A stretch of DNA of 64,000 nt from Octopus vulgaris (GCA_951406725.2 OX597814.1:166160001-166224000), one strand, 5' to 3'; positions 1 to 11,175 are shown, numbered from the stretch's first letter. The notes: generated by a model not told the origin, from the letters alone. Translations and numbers: made by a program.

Positions 1-136
1 ATAAGTTGTAATATGAAATAGGGAGATATATTTATATGAAAATTGGTAAATGCAAATATTAAAGTTGCGTTATTGAACAGAAGTAGTTAAAAAATAGTTG
101 TTAGAAATGTGTTTTTGAAACAGAAAATATATAAGT

Positions 137-687
137 TCAATATTTGAGGATAACTCCTGAGAAAACGAAATGGTTAATTGTGTTCAGTATGTCCTTAGGC
201 AGAGGAAAACTTGATAGTTGCACCTCCACATCACACCTATGTAGGTGTTCTCTTGTGACACAGGGCTGGGAGGACATGACATTGGTCAAGACTAACATAG
301 CAAATATGCAAATGACCAGAGCAATATCAAGACTAGTTCTCAACATCTCCTTTTGAAAGGAATCTATGTTGGTTAGCCTGGGAACCATGAAACATCCCAG
401 GAGTAGGAAACTGATTTTAACCTGAGCAGATGGATGTCTTGAGCATGGGAAGCGTTATGATCATCTGAAGGAAGGAACCCTGATAGGAAACCAACACCAT
501 TTCAAGTTTTGAAGGTTGAGCATTGAAAAAATCACCCGATACAGGAAAGAATCTTCTGATTACAGACACTCAGAAGAATTTGCAACACATTGGCGAGGCA
601 GTGGTTCCTAATTTGGAAACAGCAGGAAGCATGATATGCTTGAATGAATCTGGAATTAGGTGCAAGTCACAGCCATCGATGGGTAGT

Positions 688-690
<3 letters not shown>
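137..690 (-). mobile_element. Degenerate Penelope-like element fragment (GIY-YIG region)
   Basis: Broken minus frames give ..REHLHR.. and F-S-S-A-*-G-H-T, resembling the PLE GIY-YIG C-terminal R..EH / HF...GH motifs. Confidence 0.4.

Positions 691-691
<1 letters not shown>

Positions 692-735
<44 letters not shown>
692..735. repeat. (AG)n microsatellite
   Basis: Perfect AG run. Confidence 0.95.
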
Positions 736-739
<4 letters not shown>

Positions 740-885
740 AGCCTCATGTGCTTCCTGACATGAAGTAGTAACTAGAAGAAATTATGCAAGAAGGTTTATA
801 AATAGATAAAAACTACAGATGTTGGGTTTATATTTTTTTAAAGGAGGAAGATTTATGATCAGTAGTATTCGTAAATATAACAAAA

Positions 886-1914
886 TCTCTATATATATAA
901 AACTGAGAATGTGTGTCTGTCTGTCTGTCTGCCTGTGTGTTTCCCTAAAACTTGAGAACTACACAACCAATTTCATTCAAATTTTACACATGCCTTACTT
1001 AGGGTCCAGGGAGTGTCATCGGCAAAAAAAAATGTTCAACTTCTTGCCTAGAGCGAGCCCATAGCAATATCATATCTTCTCCACTATTTCAGTATTACGT
1101 GTTAAAAGTGAAACAAAAACATTTCTCTATTTCATGTCAGATACTTTCACTTTAACAATAAAAATAATAATAGCAATTGAATTATATGTAGTAAGTAATA
1201 ATTAAAATCAAACTAAAGTATAATATAATCACAACATAACAAAAGTAAAAATAGCAATTGGTATAAAATTGCATCAATGACTTGAACTTGAATAAGTGGT
1301 TTCACATGAATGGGAATAAATTAAACCTAAAATTAGCGTGCAGAAATGGAATAGTCCAGATGGATAATAAAAAATTAAATTAAAGAAAAGACTATTGTTT
1401 ATAAAGTATACAAAGTAGAAAAAAAAGAAGATTTGAACGCCTGGAGGAAAGCACCTTTGAAAAGTGTCTTGGTGCGACTATGAAAGATATCTAACCAGAG
1501 GCAGTAAATTCGCCACAATAGAAGCAAGGTTCGAGTCAACAGAGCGTGCAAGGGAGTACTCGACTCAAACATGCAAAGTGGAAATATTTTATTTTTACCT
1601 TTATATCTGGGACATAGGACGTGCCGGATGAAAATTAAAAATACCCCCTCCCCCAGAAGTTGAGGTAGGCTGGATTGTAGCCACACTTCTATACAAGAGG
1701 GAGGCCAAGATACAATTGATCGAAATTGCACGAGACGGCCTTACAATTCCAGTCTGTTTTATATTTTGAGTATTGTTATCACTAGCGATATCAAGATATA
1801 ACTTTGTATTTTGTATTTTATGTGTGGATGTATATATATAGATGTACATGTAATATGTACACATATATACATGCACTAGCACTATGACCCGGCAACGACA
1901 GGTCATAATACTAG
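886..1914 (+). mobile_element. Complete non-autonomous Helitron (~1.03 kb)
   Basis: 5' A|TCTCTATATATATAAAACTG with (TGTC)n near the 5' end. 3' subterminal hairpin tatgacc-cggcaacgaca-ggtcata, then CTAG|T. Inserted between A and T with no TSD. Confidence 0.85.
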
Positions 1915-2452
1915 TATTATATAAAAAGTGAGTTGAAGATATAACGGAAGGGCATAAACAATTGGTAAAGATTTATAAATAGTTTCAAGTTATGATGAGA
2001 AGACAAACATCTTCGAGGTGGGTGCTATAAAGATAGGAAACTAAAAATATAACACAAGTCAGTTATCAAAAAACAAAGTGAAGGAGTAATAAATTATGAA
2101 TAATTACATGGAAAAAGATAATATGGAATGTAATATGAGAGTACTTAACTGTAGTGGGAAATCATGACATAGAGGATTTAATATTGTTATAAGAATATGA
2201 TAACAGCAGTTAAGTAGTATAAGGTAATATGTGCATATAATTAATGTGCTTAATAAGTAATTATCGTGGCTGTGCAATTATGAAGTTTGTTTCTCAATCA
2301 CATAGTTTCAATTCAGTCCTACAGTGTGGCACTGTAGGCAAGTATTTTCTACTATAGACTCATGAAACTTTGAGTCTTGTAAGTGGATTTGGTACATGGA
2401 AATTGAAAGAAGCCCATTGTGTGATTGTGTGTGCATATATATGAATATATAC

Positions 2453-2495
<43 letters not shown>

Positions 2496-2594
2496 TTCAG
2501 CAAAATTTAGATTCAGATGAATATGGTACTTTAGTTAAAGGCACCAGAATTTGGTATGGTATTATCCAAATAAATCAAATGGGGTGATTATAAC

Positions 2595-2752
2595 CAAAAT
2601 AAGCAACAAGGATATCCAAGGTAGTGTAGTACAATCGTTTCATGCTACTTCATTTTATTAAACAATGATGTAATACTTACATTGTTTAATAAAATGAAGT
2701 AGCATGAAACGATTGTACGACACTTCCTTGGATATCCTTGTTGCTTATTTTG
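2595..2752. repeat. 73-bp-arm inverted repeat (fold-back of a Penelope-type terminal repeat); duplicated at 3716-3873
   Basis: Arms 2595-2667 and 2680-2752 pair at 71/73 positions with a 12-nt loop. The arm is homologous to 6424-6497. Confidence 0.9.
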
Positions 2753-2754
2753 AA

Positions 2755-2800
<46 letters not shown>

Positions 2801-2806
<6 letters not shown>

Positions 2807-3135
2807 CCCCCTTCGGTCATGAGTGACCATGGGTTTGCACCTAGAGAGTTACCCTCTGAGGCACAAGTCTGGGCAAGGTTGTTTTATGGAAGACCAGTAG
2901 TCGCCCATGCATACCAGCCTCCCCCCTCCACGCCACCAGTGTTATCCAAGGGAAAGACAAAGGTTGATACAGCTTGGCACCCGTGACGTCGCAACTCATT
3001 TCTACAGCTGAGTGAACTGGAGCAACGTGAAATAAAATGTCTTGCTCAAGAACACAACACGCAGCCCGGTCCGGGATTCGAGCTCACAACCTCACGATCG
3101 TAAGCTCGATGCTCTAACCACTGAGCCATGCGCCT
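2801..3135 (-). mobile_element. Young full-length tRNA-derived SINE with RTE-like 3' tail
   Basis: Head AGGCGCATGGCTCAGTGGTTAGAGC (A box) ... GAGCTCGAATCC (B box-like). CpGs retained. Related pieces at 54070-54330 and 59690-59895. Confidence 0.85.
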
Positions 3136-3577
3136 ACACACACATATATATATATATATGGTGGTTGTCTACTCCTTATGCAGAGCCTGACCACCTCCTG
3201 TACCTCTACCTTACATCCATCATGGCGTCTGATGTGGATTTTCAAACCAGACAATATATTGAAAAGACACCCACATAGATTGCATATCTGATGATTTAAT
3301 ATTGTTATAAGAATATGATAACAGCAGTTAAGTAGTATAAGGTAATATGTGCATATAATTAATGTGTTTAATAAGTAATTATCGTGGCTGTGCAATTATG
3401 AAGTTTGTTTCTCAATCACATAGTTTCAATTCAGTCCTACTGTGTGGCACTGTAGGCAAGTATTTTCTACTATAGACTCAGGCTAACTGAAACTTTGAGT
3501 CTTGTAAGTGGATTTGGTACATGGAAATTGAAAGAAGCTCATTGTGTGATTGTGTGTGCATATATATGAATATATAC

Positions 3578-3616
<39 letters not shown>

Positions 3617-3875
3617 TTCAGCAAAATTTAGATTCAGATGAATATGGTACTTTAGTTAAAGGCACCAGAATTTGGTATGGTATTATCCAAATAAATCAAA
3701 TGGGGTGATTATAACCAAAATAAGCAACAAGGATATCCAAGGTAGTGTAGTACAATCGTTTCATGCTACTTCATTTTATTAAACAATGATGTAATACTTA
3801 CATTGTTTAATAAAATGAAGTAGCATGAAATGATTGTACGACACTTCCTTGGATATCCTTGTTGCTTATTTTGAA

Positions 3876-3922
<47 letters not shown>

Positions 3923-3936
3923 TATATATATATATA

Positions 3937-4326
3937 TGGTGGTTGTCTACTCCATATGCAGAGCCTGACCACCTCCTGTACCTCTACCTTACATCCATCA
4001 TGGCGTCTGATGTGGATTTTCAAACCAGACAATATATTGAAAAGACACCCACATAGATTGCATATCTGATTTGGATCATCATGTGCTGCAGTTAAGTTCT
4101 GATCTTTGTGGACCTTAAAATGTCTCTTGAGGCCTCTAATAGATTTGCAGACCTTATGACATGCATGGCATTGAAAGGTGTGCACAGATATATAGGCAGA
4201 GTAGTTGGTGGAGGTTTGTTTTTCCCGGGTCAGCAAATAAGATTTGAGCCCAGTAAAAGAAAGGCATGGTCTGTCACAGACTATGCACACAAAAAGGTTG
4301 CTGAGATTCACTTTCACATTGATTGC
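3937..4326 (-). mobile_element. LINE (RTE-type) 3' end encoding three C2H2 zinc fingers
   Basis: Frame reads CIVC..GLKSYLLTR (degenerate), CHACHKVCKSIRGLKRHFKVH and CNLCGCLFNILSGLKIHIRRH. No TGEKP linkers; ends at a (TA)n tail. Confidence 0.6.
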
Positions 4327-4929
4327 AACACACACATGTACATACATACATATATGTATACAGATGTATGTATATGTATATATCATCATCATCATTCTCA
4401 TTGTTGTTGTCATCACCGTCAATGTTGTCACTGTCATTTAATGTTCCTTTTTCCATGCTGGCATGAGTTGGACAGTTCAATAAAAATTGATGAGGCAAGG
4501 GACTGCATCAAGCCCCAATGCCTGCTTCAACATGCTTTTTCACTGCAGGATACCCTTCCTAATGCTGACCACTTCACTTTACTTTTTCTGTTGAATATAT
4601 GTATGTAAGTATGTGTGTGTGTATTTTTGTGTCTCCTAGTCTTGACATCACATGATTGTCGTAAATGATTAGCATTCGTTTCCAATATTCTGCAAAATTA
4701 TGTCAGGCCATGGAGAAAGATTACTCTGCTTGGAACGAGAGAAGGGTTGATGACAGGAAAGAAAAGCTATCTCAGTGTAGAAAAATCTACTTCAAAAAAC
4801 TCCATCTAAAAAAGTGAATGTTTAAAACGATGATGGTGATGATGATGGTAACTACTTATCTCTTCTCTTTTATTTTAATTTATCTAATTTTACACACGTG
4901 GAGCTATTATGGGCTCAAATTATCTCAAA

Positions 4930-5560
4930 ACATGAATGGTTTTCAGTTAGATACGTTTAAAAAAAATATCACTGACAATTTTAAAGAACTAGACCTAAGA
5001 ATTACCATGAACATATTGAAGTATTGTTTACCTCTTAGAAATTATTTTCATTCAAACATTAGTAGTCACTGGCCCTTTAGGAAACACAAGGAAAATCTAA
5101 TAAATGTTAATGTACCAAGTACTTTCAATGTCCAACCCATGTCAAATAATTTGGTTTATAAATTTTGAACCAAATTATTTGACCATGCTTAGACAATGAA
5201 GGCATGTGTGGCACTGTATTCACTTTTATAAATTGATGACCCTTGCTAGACGCAAGCTATACAGAAATGGAACTAAAACCTGTAGATTATGTAAAGATGA
5301 GAAAAAAAATCTTTTAATTGTGAACCATAATAAAGCTGTTCATTATTTAATTGTAAGATCAGAGATTTTCAATTAGTCTAGACACTTTAAATAAGATGAC
5401 CCTTGCTAGATGCAAGCTATATAGAAACGGAACTAAAACCTGTAGATTATGTAAAGTTGAGAAAAAAAATCTTCTAATTGTGAACCATAATAAAGCTGTT
5501 CATTATTTAATTGTAAGATCAGAGATTTTCAATTAGTCTGGACACTTGGGAATTAGTCTA
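4930..5560 (+). mobile_element. Internally deleted Penelope-like element with a 160-bp-period tandem repeat of its 3' end
   Basis: FKKNITDNFKELDLRIT resembles the PLE RT thumb. TLARCKLYRNGTKTCRLCK.EK...RSEIF..SRH resembles the PLE C-terminal CxxC..EK..RH motif and occurs twice (5235-5387, 5395-5547). Confidence 0.65.
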
Positions 5561-5772
5561 GACAATGGAAATATACATAACCATTTGACTGAATATAATC
5601 AATGCAGTTACTTACCACAAAAACTAGCACATTCTCATAATCATTCTTTTCTTTATGACCCCTAATTTAAATTTTTTTCATTCTACTACTTTCAGACTTA
5701 AATACCAATCTTATCGTGTCATTATTCTTCACTATATTATCTAAGTTACACTTTTAATATCATACTAATTGT

Positions 5773-6000
5773 GGCGGTGAGCTGGCAGAATCGTTAGCAC
5801 ACTGGCTGAAATGCTTAGCGGTATTTTGTCTATTGTTACATTCTAAGTTCAACTTCTGCTGAAGTCAACTTTGCCTTTCATCTTTTTGGGGTCGATTAAA
5901 TAAGTACCAGTTATGCACTGGGGTCGATGTAATCAACCTAATCCCTTTGTCCTTGTTTGCACCCTCTATGTTTAGCCCCCTGTGGGCAATAAAGAAATAA
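5773..6000 (+). mobile_element. tRNA-derived SINE (Meta-domain type)
   Basis: GGCGGTGAGCTGGCAGAATCGTTAGC head; GCCTTTCATC..GGGGTCGATTAAATAAGTACCAG core; shared tail ..GGGCAATAAAGAAAT. Confidence 0.85.
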
Positions 6001-6372
6001 ATATCATACTGATTTAACTTGTTCCTTTTCATTTTTATAAGGAGATATCTTATTACATACATACAAACACATGACTCTTTTTTTAAATATCTAATTATTT
6101 CAACATGACCTTAGTTAACCCAAACAATTTATGACAAGAAATTCATAATGAACAAGCTCAAACAATTTATAACTGACAAGTAGTTACTAAAAAAATTTAT
6201 TACATTTTTGCAATGGCACAGCTGACATGGCCATTTCAAACTAGTTTTCATCACCAGTACCAGGTTTTGTCTCTGTTGTTACCATAGTTGCATTATGAAA
6301 CTTTAAATCTTATACAAGCATAGCACTATGATGATATATATATGTATGTATATTCACAGACACACACACACA

Positions 6373-6413
<41 letters not shown>

Positions 6414-6453
6414 TTATATATATCAAAATAAGCAACAAGGATATCCAGAGGTA

Positions 6454-6542
6454 ATGCAGTACGATCGTTTCATGCAACTCCATTTAATTGAACAATGCAA
6501 TCATTATATCAATTTAAAATGCAGAGCAATCTTCAGCTGCAC
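6454..6542 (-). ncRNA. Type I hammerhead ribozyme motif (Penelope-associated)
   Basis: Minus strand: GUGCAG-CUGAAGA-[long imperfect stem II]-GAAAC-GAUC-GUA-CUGCAU. Six-bp stem I; palindromic ACGAUCGU stem III; predicted cleavage after GUA (6460/6459). Confidence 0.7.
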
Positions 6543-7111
6543 AATGACATAGAATTTAATTAAATTAGAACAGATGGACACATTAGTATACCTAAAATCT
6601 CCAAGAAGTTAAGGAGATAGACAAAGGACATGCTGTTTCACTCCAGCATAGAAGTTACTAAGTTTTCAAGAAGATAAACATTGTTACAGACTCTGCTTGT
6701 CACTGTTTTTTTGTTTTTATGGGGTCAATTTATATTTATAGACTAGTTTATCAAATCCCTTGTATATCTAGGGCTGAGAGAACAGAGGGCAGCATCTGTT
6801 AGGGGTAGGGCTGAGGGAGCAGACAGACATCATAGTTGGTATAGTCATAAAAATCAAGATTTACTAGAAGCAATATCATGGTTTGGTAAAGGAAAACTTA
6901 AAACAATATGTTAGCTGACAATTAAGGGGTCACCCACTAGCAGACCATTGATAATGAAACAAGGGAAGTCTTATCATGTAGTACTATAGTTAGATATTTT
7001 AAACAATGTTGCTATATTGTATACAGTTAAAGTTTAGGGTTATTCAGAGGATTATTAAGAAGAATATTATAATAAAAGGATAGAAATTTATGAATACTTT
7101 TGAGTATATAC

Positions 7112-7286
7112 CAAACCACTACTTTTAAAAACAAGCATTGCAAAGCATTTAGAATGGAGTAAAAACCTACAGAATTGGTCCCTAGAGCAGTGGAAGAACG
7201 TTATTTTCTCAGACGAGTCATCCTTCACTTTATTTCCGACCAATGGCCGAGTATATGTGTGGAGACAGCCAAAAGAAGCATTTGAC
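7112..7286 (+). mobile_element. Internal fragment of the Tc1-type element found at 33878-35135
   Basis: KPLLLKTSIAKHLEWSKNLQNWSLEQWKNVIFSDESSFTLF..., nearly the same as the 34324..34653 ORF. Confidence 0.88.
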
Positions 7287-7849
7287 ATCAAGAGTTTAAG
7301 AGGCATATTGTATTCCTGGCACAGTTACAGATACTTAATTCCTTGATCCTATTATTTACTGTGTTATAGCTCCTGCTATATGACTCTACTTCCCTCATTT
7401 CTATCGGTCTACCATTTTTCTAAGCTTTCTATCTATAGATGTTTGTGGGCTGTTATTTTTAGACACTTCATGTCTTGTGGAGGTATTGGTTTGTGTTGGA
7501 GTTGTCATCCTTTGACTACTGGTCCTTAGTTTAATAGCCTCCCCTAAACAGTGTGTTATGTTGGTATTAGTGCTTGAGTCCCTTCTGTTATTAGCTATTC
7601 TTGTCCTGTCATCTGGTTTAGTATTATCAATATTTATATGTTCATTTTTCTTGTCTTGACTATTATATTCATTGTCCTTCAGAAGTGAGATAGTCTTCTA
7701 GTATTCTGTGCTACTATCTGTGCTAGGTTATGGCTAGTGGAAAAAGTGAGTCAGACATTGTGCCAAGGTATTTGAAATTGTGCATACCAAAGTATTTGAA
7801 ATTTTCAACTACCTTCAGTGACTTACCGTCTCTCACTTTCACTGACACA

Positions 7850-8180
7850 ACATAAGATAGACAAACAATTGAGATCAAATCAAAATGGATTCAGATCAGG
7901 ACGGTCAACAACATCTCACACTGCTGCACTTAGAAGACTGATAGAGGGAGTTAAGGGCCATAAGAGGAAGGCTATCATTATCAATGTAGACTTTAAAAAA
8001 GACTTTTGATTCAGTATATAGAGGAATGATGATGAAGATACTTAAAGCTTATGATATTCTGAGAGCAATAAGTAAGCTGTATCAGAACATCAGAGTGAAA
8101 GTGATCACACCTGATGGAGAGACAGAATACTTTGAAGTCAAAACCAGAGTATTACAAAGTGACACACTAGTACCTTATGT
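7850..8180 (+). mobile_element. RTE-clade LINE reverse transcriptase fragment
   Basis: LRSNQNGFRSGRSTT..LRRLIEG..VDFKK; TPDGETEYFEVKTRVLQSDTL. Confidence 0.85.
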
Positions 8181-8709
8181 AAAAATGTATTACTTATCGT
8201 TTATAAAATTATTTGCAAAAAAAGTACTTATTATTATTATTAAATTTAATAGTACTAAAAATATAATAAAAACCTATACTTATACTAAAAAATTTTAACA
8301 ATCTAAATCACAAAGTGACAAACTAATATTTTACAATAAACCAACACATGGAAATTCGTCACGTCTATATCTCTTGCTGATTATACCACACTGATAGTTC
8401 TCTCAAAAATTTAGTATAAATGTGTATTTATTGTAACTGAACGTTTACTCATGACAGTGAACATTTGTCTTCACAGACGATATATTCATATTCTTGGCCT
8501 TAATTAATTCTTTCGAATTCACCAAATCAAAACAGACATTAAACAAAGAAGCTTGATTCTTCTCATAGTTAAGGGGATGATGAGTTGGAAGTGAAGTAGA
8601 CAAGTGCAAGTTTGTTTTATTAGTATGTGTAGTTTTAGGACATTCTGCTGATAACTATGTTGGACTGTTTCATTGGAGGGTATCAATGATATATGTGTTG
8701 AAATGTTAA

Positions 8710-9821
8710 CCCTTTTGATACTATAGGGTTGTTTTAGGCTACCATGAGCTTTCTCTTAGGTTATATTATTATAGTATATTCTCTATTTAGTTTTGTTACA
8801 GTAATGTAATGCTATTTATTGTGTTTCCTATTGGGAAATATATTATTTTATTTGGGCTTTTTAAGTAAGGGTGTATATAATGATTAAAACGTCACTTATA
8901 ACTTAAGTGTTATCATTATACACAAATCCGAACTACAGTATATAACACCATAGAGAAATATACTTATGGAGCGCTAAGAATATTAGCGTCATGTATGTAT
9001 AATATTATCTTCGTGTTCATTTAACCGCTATAAGAAAATATAATTTAATGATTACAGAAATGCATATTCATACACAGTTGAAAAATGTGAAGAGAAAACA
9101 TTTTCTTAATTAGTTTTATTATATAAATATAACATTTTATATTATGTACATGTGAAAGAAAAGATAATTTTCGTCGTGTAGAAGTACGACTATATATTTC
9201 ACTAGCTAATTCATAAATCTAACTAATAAATGAATCAACAATTCAAAATAGACTTGTAATTTTCTTTGGACATGGCATGAAAATCACCAATGTCTCAAAG
9301 GAGTGAGTGTTGTAGAGTTCAGTTACATCCAACAAACATTAAAGTTTTTCCAAAAATCCAGGGTTTTTATAACTGCTCAACTTGACTAAAAAGAATCGAA
9401 ATTTCATACAAATATTCTTTACAAATCCTTATATGAGCAGTTACATTAACAAAGGGAAAAAACGAAAATAATAATTCTTCGGTAATATGACATTACATCA
9501 TATTGCCAGCTACCACCAATTCGCACCTTATTTCAAAATGGCTACTTGCTACAATTCCAACCTGTCTGAAACTGCCTCTGACTCTGCAGTACAAATGTCA
9601 TGTTTTCAAAAGTTTTGAATCAAAATCTTCCACCAAACCTTAGTCACAATTTATATTCCTAACACTAGCTTAATGATAACCCAGTTATTTTACTAAATTC
9701 TTTGTCATCATCATTTAGCGTCCGCTTTCCATGCTAGCATGGGTTGGACGGTTCAACTGGGGTCTGTGAAGCCGGAAGGCCGCATCAGGAGCAGCTCAAC
9801 AGAAATATGGTAGCAAAAGGG
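8710..9821. mobile_element. Non-autonomous piggyBac-type element or composite (TTAA-bounded) containing an RTE-tail insert near 9705-9790
   Basis: TTAA|CCCTTTTGATACTATA ... ATATGGTAGCAAAAGGG|TTAA imperfect TIRs. The right ~280 bp is homologous to the MITE at 52941-53159. Confidence 0.55.
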
Positions 9822-10029
9822 TTAAAGAGGCGTGATGGGAAGTATCATTATTTTGTTAGAAGGAACAGTAAATAGGTCATTTATGAGCAGAAGGGACAGT
9901 ATGGTGGAAATACATCCAAAACCTATAGTACATCAGAGTGGATAAAAGAATGACAAAAAGAACCTCATCAAAGAATGATTCAATGGAGCAGAAACCCATG
10001 ATATTCTGAGGAGTCCACTATATAAAATT

Positions 10030-10103
10030 ACATATGTTAGCCAGCAAAATCTGTGATGTACTGAGTGCGCAATAGGTGAACCGCGATATGGCGAGGGATT
10101 ACT
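10030..10103. mobile_element. pogo/Tigger-like terminal fragment
   Basis: gcgcaataggtgaaccgcgatatggcgagggattacta followed by TA resembles Tigger-type TIRs. Confidence 0.45.
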
Positions 10104-10129
10104 ATATTATGATGAAAATAGGTGAATGT

Positions 10130-10640
10130 CATTCAGCTGGTGATGGCAAATAACTTCATACTGGTATTGTAAGCAGTGATCTCCATCTGAATACTTACAG
10201 TACAGTTGTGTAGTTAAGGAACTATCCCAGAATCTTGGAAATGTAGAAGATGATACCTAGAATGATAATATTGGCCAGCTGCTGAACTGTTTTAGATGTA
10301 TCAGAAGTGACACACATTTGTTGCTCAGGATGCTTAACATAGAATTATTGCATTTCCAGCCAGTTATGGTTTAAGGGGAAGGTTAGTTGTGTGTAGGATT
10401 ACAAGAGTATTTCAATGAAAATGATAGAGGATAATGATTTTTGAGAGAAATAAGTTGTCATATTGACCTCCATAAAGGATAAAAAGTAGTCAGACAATTG
10501 CTGGTGGTTGGAGGTATGTACAGTGGAGCAGAAACAAAAGATGAATGTTGAGAGAAACAGTGACCTTGAACTGGGTATTCTGCATAATATCACTAAAGTT
10601 AAGAAGTATTCGTATCCACTGAGGATCACTGCAGTCTGTT
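10130..10640 (-). mobile_element. Degenerate Penelope-like RT fragment
   Basis: STVHTSNHQQLSDYF resembles the PLE KPT...QYL.Y.S.HP thumb motif. Confidence 0.35.
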
Positions 10641-10644
10641 CAGA

Positions 10645-11175
10645 TCATCATCAACATCATCACTATCATTGTCGTTTAACGTCTACTTTCCATGCTGACA
10701 TGGGTTGGACAGTTTGACTGAGGACTAGCAAGCCGGGAGGCTGCACCAAGCTCCAATCTGATTTGGCAATGTTTCTACGGTTGTATGCCCTTCCTAACGC
10801 CAACCACTATGAGAGTGTAATGTGTGCTTTTTATGTGCCACCGGTATGGCCATGCTTGAATGGTGATTTTTACATGCCACCAGCATGAGTGCCAGTCAGG
10901 CGGCACAGGCATCAACCATGACTATGATTTCACTTGGTTCAATAGGCCCTCACAAACATGGCATATTGCCCGGCAATTGAAGGGTGCTTTTAGATGGGCC
11001 AGTTATGTGACACTGGCATCAGGCACAGCTACGATCTCACTTGGCTTGCCGGGTCTTCTGAAGCACAGCATATCTCCAAAGATCTTGGTCACTTGTTATT
11101 GCCTGTGAGGCCCAACGTTTGAAGGTTGTGCTTCACCACCTCATCTCATGTCTTACTGGGTCTATCTCTTCCCCT
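10645..11175 (-). mobile_element. RTE LINE 3' end with (GAT)n tail
   Basis: catcat-cgtttaacgtc..ttccatgct..catgggttggac terminus shared by many copies in the window. Confidence 0.8.

Larger units (their letters stand above)
2175..4070. repeat. Tandem duplication (copy 1 2175-3292 including a SINE; copy 2 3293-4070)
   Basis: Near-identical sequence from gatttaatattgttataag to catatctgat occurs twice. Copy 1 also carries the SINE at 2801-3135 and lacks 7 nt (ggctaac). Confidence 0.92.
6421..7740 (-). mobile_element. Degenerate Penelope-like element with a hammerhead-bearing terminus, next to (TA)n
   Basis: Terminal segment carries the hammerhead motif and is homologous to the 2595 hairpin arm. 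Decayed A-rich minus-strand body, interrupted by a Tc1 fragment. Distal boundary approximate. Confidence 0.5.

Noticed and set aside
3055-3135. tRNA-like sequence with A and B boxes (also at 61520 and 48890)
   Set aside because: SINE heads continuous with SINE bodies; no proper acceptor stem.
5616-5661. Possible 46-nt minus-strand exon (ag|GGGTCAT...TTTGTG|gtaagt) that would continue frame A as WGHKEKNDYENVLVFV
   Set aside because: Donor is good and phase is compatible, but the polypyrimidine tract is poor and it abuts a Penelope remnant. Not supportable without RNA-seq.
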